A stretch of DNA of 64,000 bases from Negaprion brevirostris (Eukaryota), in the NCBI GenBank assembly GCA_030324005.1, contig JARDVH010000110.1, forward strand, positions 2,379,642 to 2,443,641, in the 5' to 3' direction. This document shows, one piece after another, positions 62,531 to 64,000 of this stretch. A program made the translations under genes and the position numbers. Under the pieces are notes generated by a model. The model had not been told where the DNA came from. It was given only the letters and a program-made list of their open reading frames with translations, and made no database searches. Position 1 is the stretch's first letter; each line of letters starts with the position of its first letter.

Positions 62531-62699
62531 ATTTCATTGAATCACAAAGAACCAATACAGTGCGTCCGAGGTCTTTCAGCAATTCTCCAAAAGAGCATCG
62601 ATACCCAGGCACAACACCCTTACCCCGTAACCCCGTGCATTTATCTTGGTCTCCCAACCTAACCTTTGAATTCTTGGAGAAATCCAGAGCATCTGGAGC

Positions 62700-64000
62700 A
62701 AAGTCACAGGAGGAATCGGGATATTCTCCAATGGGACTGCTTAGGGTTCATAGACAGGTCAGTATTTAAAAACTCTGCAACCAGCCTGAATGACTACGTC
62801 AGGACAATAACTGACTTCATTAGTAGTTACGCAGAAATCTGTGCGCCAAGAAATCAAATCCGTGTGTTTCCCGGAAACAATGGCTGATCCGGAGTATCAA
62901 CTGTGAAGTCCAGGTCTGAGGCGTTCACGTTCGGCGCCCCTGACCTGCACATGAAATCCAGTTATGATCTAAGGAAATCCAACAACGATGCCAAAATACA
63001 GTACAGGGGCAAGCTAGGGCCTTAGGCTAGCCACAAGGACCCCCGCCGAATTGCAAGTTCTGCAAATCATGATACACGACAAGATGAAAACATGCAAAAT
63101 GACCAGAAACTTTGCAGCGCTTCCTGATGAGCTCAAGGCATTCCATGCCCGTTTTGATCAAGAGGTAGGTGAGCGCACGCACACCAAACGAGAAATCCTT
63201 GGACGAACCTATATCCGAGGTCATAATTTCAGTGTGAGAGCAGCCTTCTCGAAGATCAACCACAGAAAGTGACTGCCCTAATAGGCACCCAGATGATCAC
63301 TTCGATCCTGTGCAGACAGGCAGCCTGAGCGTTCGCAGACAGGGAAAACCTCTCTTTACAAAAAATGTGTTCCCTATTTGCTTCAAGAAAATGACAGGCT
63401 TCAAGAAAATGACAGACATCTCAGTACCGAAGACAAATCAAGCAGCGTGCCTTAATGAATATCGGCCGACGGCTCTAATGTCAATCATTATGAAGTGCTT
63501 CGAAAGGGTCGTCATGGCACGAATCACTTCCGACCTCCCAGATTGCCTAGATTCACCACAACAGGTCCACAGCAGAAGCTATTACCCTGGTCGTGTACTC
63601 AAACCTGGAACACCTAGATAAAGAAGGCACCGATGTCAGACTCCTAATTATCGACTGCAGCTCAGTCTTCAAGACTATTTTCTCTACGAAACTCATCTCC
63701 GAACTCTGTGGCCCTGGCCTCGGCTCTTCCCTCTAGGACTGAATCCTGAGCTTCCTAATCTACAGACCGCAATCATTAAGGAGAAAATGGCAAGATCTCC
63801 TCCACGATTACCCTCAGCACCGGTGCCTCTCAAGGCTGTGTCTTCAACCCCTACTATATTTCTGATACACCACTGTCTCTGTGGCCGAATTCCCCTCAAA
63901 CTCGTTTTTGATATTTGTGATGACACCACCATAATGGTCGGATCTCAAACGATGAGACGCAGTGCAGGAGCGAGATCAAAAAGCTGGAGAACCGGTGTGA
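62700..64000 (+). mobile_element. Rex1/Babar LINE ORF2 (RT), degenerate, runs off the window
   Basis: VPKTNQAACLNEYRPTALMSIIMKCFERVVM; STGASQGCVFNPYY; ICDDTTI. Confidence 0.88.

Noticed and set aside
1-64000. Prokaryotic systems (operons, CRISPR arrays, defence islands)
   Set aside because: Low coding density, spliceosomal introns and vertebrate LINE/SINE content; no repeat-spacer array seen

Overview
Eukaryotic, repeat-rich scaffold with many N-gaps. The repeat complement (CR1 LINEs with an SGNH-esterase ORF1, HE1-like tRNA-derived SINEs, SacSINE1-like DeuSINE, Rex1/Babar and Penelope fragments) points to a cartilaginous fish (shark). Genic content: (i) a near-complete four-TM MS4A-family gene on + (42347-49038, probable terminal exon near 51759); (ii) a partial MS4A paralog on - (exons at 3883-3939, 3117-3257, 1717-1842); (iii) a GPR139-like GPCR pseudogene exon with one in-frame TGA; (iv) a decaying tandem tRNA-Lys(TTT) array plus dispersed Lys/Val tRNA pseudogenes; (v) an unidentified phase-compatible three-exon ORF at 15305-17864; (vi) mosaic segmental duplications carrying FN3/sushi-like exon debris. 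The most striking unexplained signal is a ~325 bp poly(A)-tailed element, present twice in MS4A intron 4. It starts with two tandem 5' ends of U2 snRNA and has a body of repeated hairpins, so it is a candidate U2-headed SINE family. All family assignments come from motif recognition by eye and from memory, not from database searches. Repeat boundaries are approximate.
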